Shown here piece by piece: positions 60,750 through 64,000 of a stretch of 64,000 bases of DNA. A model generated the notes under the pieces. That model ran no database searches, had not been told where the DNA came from, and worked only from the letters and a program-made list of their open reading frames with translations. Both the position numbers and the translations under genes were made by a program. Within the stretch, counting starts at the first letter, position 1. Each line of letters begins with the position of its first letter. Origin of the DNA: an uncultured Aliarcobacter sp. (GTDB taxonomy: Bacteria > Campylobacterota > Campylobacteria > Campylobacterales > Arcobacteraceae); NCBI GenBank assembly GCA_963677435.1, contig OY781945.1, positions 1,216,001 to 1,280,000 on the forward strand, read 5' to 3'.

Positions 60750-62195
60750 ATGAAAGAATATAAATTATTTATAAATGGTGAGTATGTACCTTCATCAACA
60801 AATACACTTATTGATGATATTTCTCCATCAACAGGTAAAGCATTTGCCAAAATTCATATGGCAAGTGCTGAAGATATTGAAGCGGCTATTGATGCTGCAA
60901 ATAAAGCATACAAATCATGGTCAAAAACAGCACCAAAAGAAAGAGAAGCTATTTTAAATAAAGCAGCTGATATTTTTGAAAGAAGAAGTGATGAAATTAG
61001 AGAAATTTTAGCTACTGAATCTGGTTCTGCTTTTGGTAAAGCAATGTTTGAAATGGGATTAGTTGCTGATATTATAAGAACAGCAGCAGGAGAAGCGATT
61101 AGAGTTTCTGGTCAAACACATGCAACAAATCATCCAGGAATGTTATCTTATAGTATAAGAAGACCTTTAGGTGTTGTTGCTGGGATTTCACCTTTTAATG
61201 TACCAATGGGATTAGCTTCTAAAAAGTTTGCTTTTGCTATGGCTGCTGGAAATACTTTTGTATTAAAGCCTTCAAGTAGTACAGCTATTTGTGGACTTAT
61301 TTTTGGAGAAATTTTCAAAGAAGCTGGACTTCCAGATGGAGTATTTAATGTTATTCCTTGTTCAAGTTCAGTTTTAGGTGAAACATTCCAAAAAGATAGA
61401 AGAGTAAAAATGATTACTTTTACAGGTTCAACTGAAGTTGGTAGAAAAATTGCAGGATCAGCTGCACAAAATCTTACTAAATGTACAGTAGAATTAGGTG
61501 GAAAAAGTCCTTTAATTATTTTAGATGATGCAGATGTTGATTTTGCAGTTGATACAGCAGCTTTTGGTGTATTTATTCACCAAGGTCAAATTTGTATGGC
61601 TGGTTCAAAAATCATTGTTGAAGCAGGACTTTATGATGAGTTTTGTGAAAAATTCACTCAAAAAGTAAAAAATTTAAAAGTTGGAGATCCATTAGAACCA
61701 ACAACTATAATTGGACCACTAATAGAAGAAGCTCAATGTGCTTTTATTGATGGCTTAGTAGAAGATGCAATTAGTAAAGGTGCAAAACTATTAACTGGAT
61801 ATTCACATGAGGGTTGTTTCTATCAACCAACTCTTTTATCAGGAGTTACTTCTGATATGAGAATATTCCATGAAGAAGTTTTCGGGCCAGTTGCGACAGT
61901 TTTAAAAGCTGATGATATTGACCATGCAATTCTTATGGCTAATGACACAGTTTATGGATTAAGTTCAGCAGTTGTTACAAAAGATTTAGCAAATGCGATG
62001 AGATTATCTGAAGAGATTGAAGCTGGAATGGTACACATTAATGGTGCAACTATAATGGATGAAGGTCATATTCCATTTGGTGGAACTAAAGATAGTGGAA
62101 TGGGTCGAGAAGGTGGACATTTTTCAATAGAAGAGATGACAGAATTAAAATGGGTTACTGTTGAAGCATCTGGAAACAGACACTATCCGTTTTAA
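60750..62195 (+). CDS. vdh: Aromatic aldehyde (vanillin-type) dehydrogenase
   Basis: FTGST, ELGGK, HQGQICM, EEVFGP, PFGGTKDSG.GR, HYPF; follows ech. Confidence 0.75.
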   Translation: MKEYKLFINGEYVPSSTNTLIDDISPSTGKAFAKIHMASAEDIEAAIDAANKAYKSWSKTAPKEREAILNKAADIFERRSDEIREILATESGSAFGKAMFEMGLVADIIRTAAGEAIRVSGQTHATNHPGMLSYSIRRPLGVVAGISPFNVPMGLASKKFAFAMAAGNTFVLKPSSSTAICGLIFGEIFKEAGLPDGVFNVIPCSSSVLGETFQKDRRVKMITFTGSTEVGRKIAGSAAQNLTKCTVELGGKSPLIILDDADVDFAVDTAAFGVFIHQGQICMAGSKIIVEAGLYDEFCEKFTQKVKNLKVGDPLEPTTIIGPLIEEAQCAFIDGLVEDAISKGAKLLTGYSHEGCFYQPTLLSGVTSDMRIFHEEVFGPVATVLKADDIDHAILMANDTVYGLSSAVVTKDLANAMRLSEEIEAGMVHINGATIMDEGHIPFGGTKDSGMGREGGHFSIEEMTELKWVTVEASGNRHYPF

Positions 62196-62216
62196 TTTTT
62201 CATGAAGGAGAGATAA

Positions 62217-64000
62217 TTGAAAAATAATATATTAACAAATGAAGATACAGTGAATTCTATATCTTCATTATTGAATCCTAAATCAGTAGTGATATTAGGT
62301 GCATCTGAAAAAATGGGTTCGTCAGCTAGAAATATTATTAATAATCTACTAAAAAATGGCTATAAAGGTGAAATTCACCTTTTAGGTCGTAATGAGGGTG
62401 ATATTGATGGAATAAAAATTCTAACTGATATTAATTTACTTCCTAAAGGCATAGATTTAGGAATATTAGCAATACCTGCAAATAGTGTTTATGATGCATT
62501 AGTTGATTTAAAAAAAGCTGATGTAAAAACAGCAACTTGCCTTTCTTCAGGATTTGGAGAATTGGGTGAAGAAGGTCTTGCTTTAGAGAAAAGAATAGGT
62601 GCATTTGCCTATGAAAATAATATAAGAATGATTGGACCAAATTGTATTGGATATTTTAATTATATTGATGATTTCCATTTAGCTATTATTGATATGCCAA
62701 AACAAGTACCTTTTGATAAATCAGGTTCAAAAGGTATTGCAATAGTAACTCAAAGTGGTGGAATAGGTATGTTTATTGGTCAATCTTTTGGAACAAGAGG
62801 AGTACCAACTACTTATTCTGTAACAATTGGAAATCAAGCTGATATAAAATTATCTGATGTATTAGATTTTTTTATTGAAGATGAATATACAAGTGCAATT
62901 GCTATTTATGCAGAAGAGATTAAAAATCCAAAAAAATTGCTTGAAGTAGTTAAAAAAGCAAATGAAAAAAAGAAAAATATTATTTTAATGCATTCAGGAC
63001 GAAGTGAAGCTTCAAGAAGTATCACTCAATCACATACTGGATCACTTACAGCTGATTATGATTTAATGAAAATTAAACTTGTAAACGCAGGGGTTGCGAT
63101 AGTTGATAGTTTAGAAGAGTTAATTACATTAAGTGAACTGTTATTAAGATTTCCAGAACCAGTTTTAGGTGAGATTGGATTACTTACTCACTCAGGTGCT
63201 GTATGTGCTATTGCTTCTGATCATTTTGAAGATCATGGATTAGTTATGGCTACTCTTTCAGCAGATGTTCAAGAGAAATTAAAAGAGATTTTACCTGCAT
63301 ATTTACCAGCAAGAAATCCTCTTGATTTAGGTATTGAAACAAGTAAAGATCCATCATTAGTTGGGAATGGGTTAAAATTATTATCAAGTGAACCAAAAAT
63401 TGGAAGTACAATCGCCATATTACCAATTGACCAAAGTTTAGATATTAAATTAAAATATTTGGAAGGATTTATTGAAAATACTAAGAAAAATCCACATAAA
63501 CCATCTATTTATGTAGCATTAAATGAATCTGGTAAATTTGAAGAAGAGTTCGAAAAACTTGCTAGAGAAAATGGTGTTGTTTTTGGTAAATCTTTAAGTA
63601 GTGCGATTAGAATATTATCTAATTTGAATAAATTATGTGTAAACAGAAATAAACAAAGAAGAGAAATAGTTAAAAAACCTTTAGAATTATTAAACACATT
63701 ACCAAGTGGAAATGTTGTTGAATATAAAGGTAAAGAGATACTTAAAGAACTTGGTATTTGTATTCCTAATGGAAGATTAGCTAAAAATGTAGAAGAAGCA
63801 ATTACAATTGCAAATGAAATATCTTATCCAGTAGTTGTAAAAGCGCAAGCTGCAAAGTTAGCTCATAAAACAGATTCAGGTGGAGTTTTATTAAATATTA
63901 AAAATGATAGACAGTTAAAAACAACTTTTACTAAAATGTCTAAAGATATGACAGCACTTGGTGTTGACATTGATGGACTTTTAATAGAATCAATGGAAAC
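62217..64000 (+). CDS. ADP-forming acyl-CoA synthetase (acetate-CoA ligase family), probable feruloyl/hydroxycinnamoyl-CoA synthetase; 3' end outside window
   Basis: Not in the ORF track. TTG start after AAGGAG; LLNPKSVVILGAS, IGPNCIG, TQSGG, SHTGSL, NPLD, PVVVK..HKTDSGGV ATP-grasp region. Confidence 0.85.
   Translation, partial: MKNNILTNEDTVNSISSLLNPKSVVILGASEKMGSSARNIINNLLKNGYKGEIHLLGRNEGDIDGIKILTDINLLPKGIDLGILAIPANSVYDALVDLKKADVKTATCLSSGFGELGEEGLALEKRIGAFAYENNIRMIGPNCIGYFNYIDDFHLAIIDMPKQVPFDKSGSKGIAIVTQSGGIGMFIGQSFGTRGVPTTYSVTIGNQADIKLSDVLDFFIEDEYTSAIAIYAEEIKNPKKLLEVVKKANEKKKNIILMHSGRSEASRSITQSHTGSLTADYDLMKIKLVNAGVAIVDSLEELITLSELLLRFPEPVLGEIGLLTHSGAVCAIASDHFEDHGLVMATLSADVQEKLKEILPAYLPARNPLDLGIETSKDPSLVGNGLKLLSSEPKIGSTIAILPIDQSLDIKLKYLEGFIENTKKNPHKPSIYVALNESGKFEEEFEKLARENGVVFGKSLSSAIRILSNLNKLCVNRNKQRREIVKKPLELLNTLPSGNVVEYKGKEILKELGICIPNGRLAKNVEEAITIANEISYPVVVKAQAAKLAHKTDSGGVLLNIKNDRQLKTTFTKMSKDMTALGVDIDGLLIESME

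Overview
AT-rich bacterial chromosome segment, most likely Campylobacterota of the Arcobacteraceae type (ciaB homologue, Campylobacterota-style porin, TGnTATAAT promoters). The taxon is inferred, not proven. Bases 1-32.1 kb are mostly core and stress genes: a CobN-like chelatase/ExbB/DUF2149 module, sodB, a short leuA with a candidate leader peptide, agmatinase, c-di-GMP enzymes, pspA-yqiJ-yqiK, rhuM, ybaK, a truncated globin, pqiA/pqiA/multi-MCE, katA-ankyrin and ciaB. A pair of highly structured convergent intergenic elements lies at 15.4-15.9 kb. From 32.4 kb to the end is a large island for catabolism of lignin-derived aromatic acids. It holds a complete protocatechuate 4,5-cleavage operon (ligU-I-K-J-A-B-C-like), a TRAP transporter with three DctP paralogues, a porin, mobA-like, vanA (no vanB in view), IclR/pobA, and a MarR-linked operon (acyl-CoA dehydrogenase, ech, dctP, vdh, ADP-forming CoA ligase). 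The island is interrupted at 48.0-53.6 kb by an integrase-less integron cassette array. That array has an attI-like site and three attC sites whose core boxes match cassette by cassette, and it carries GIY-YIG/membrane, DUF3298-like and HNH cassettes. It is followed by rhuM pseudogenes and an AbiE-like type IV toxin-antitoxin pair flanked by a degenerate duplication of the iclR 3' end. All calls come from reading motifs by eye; no database searches were run.
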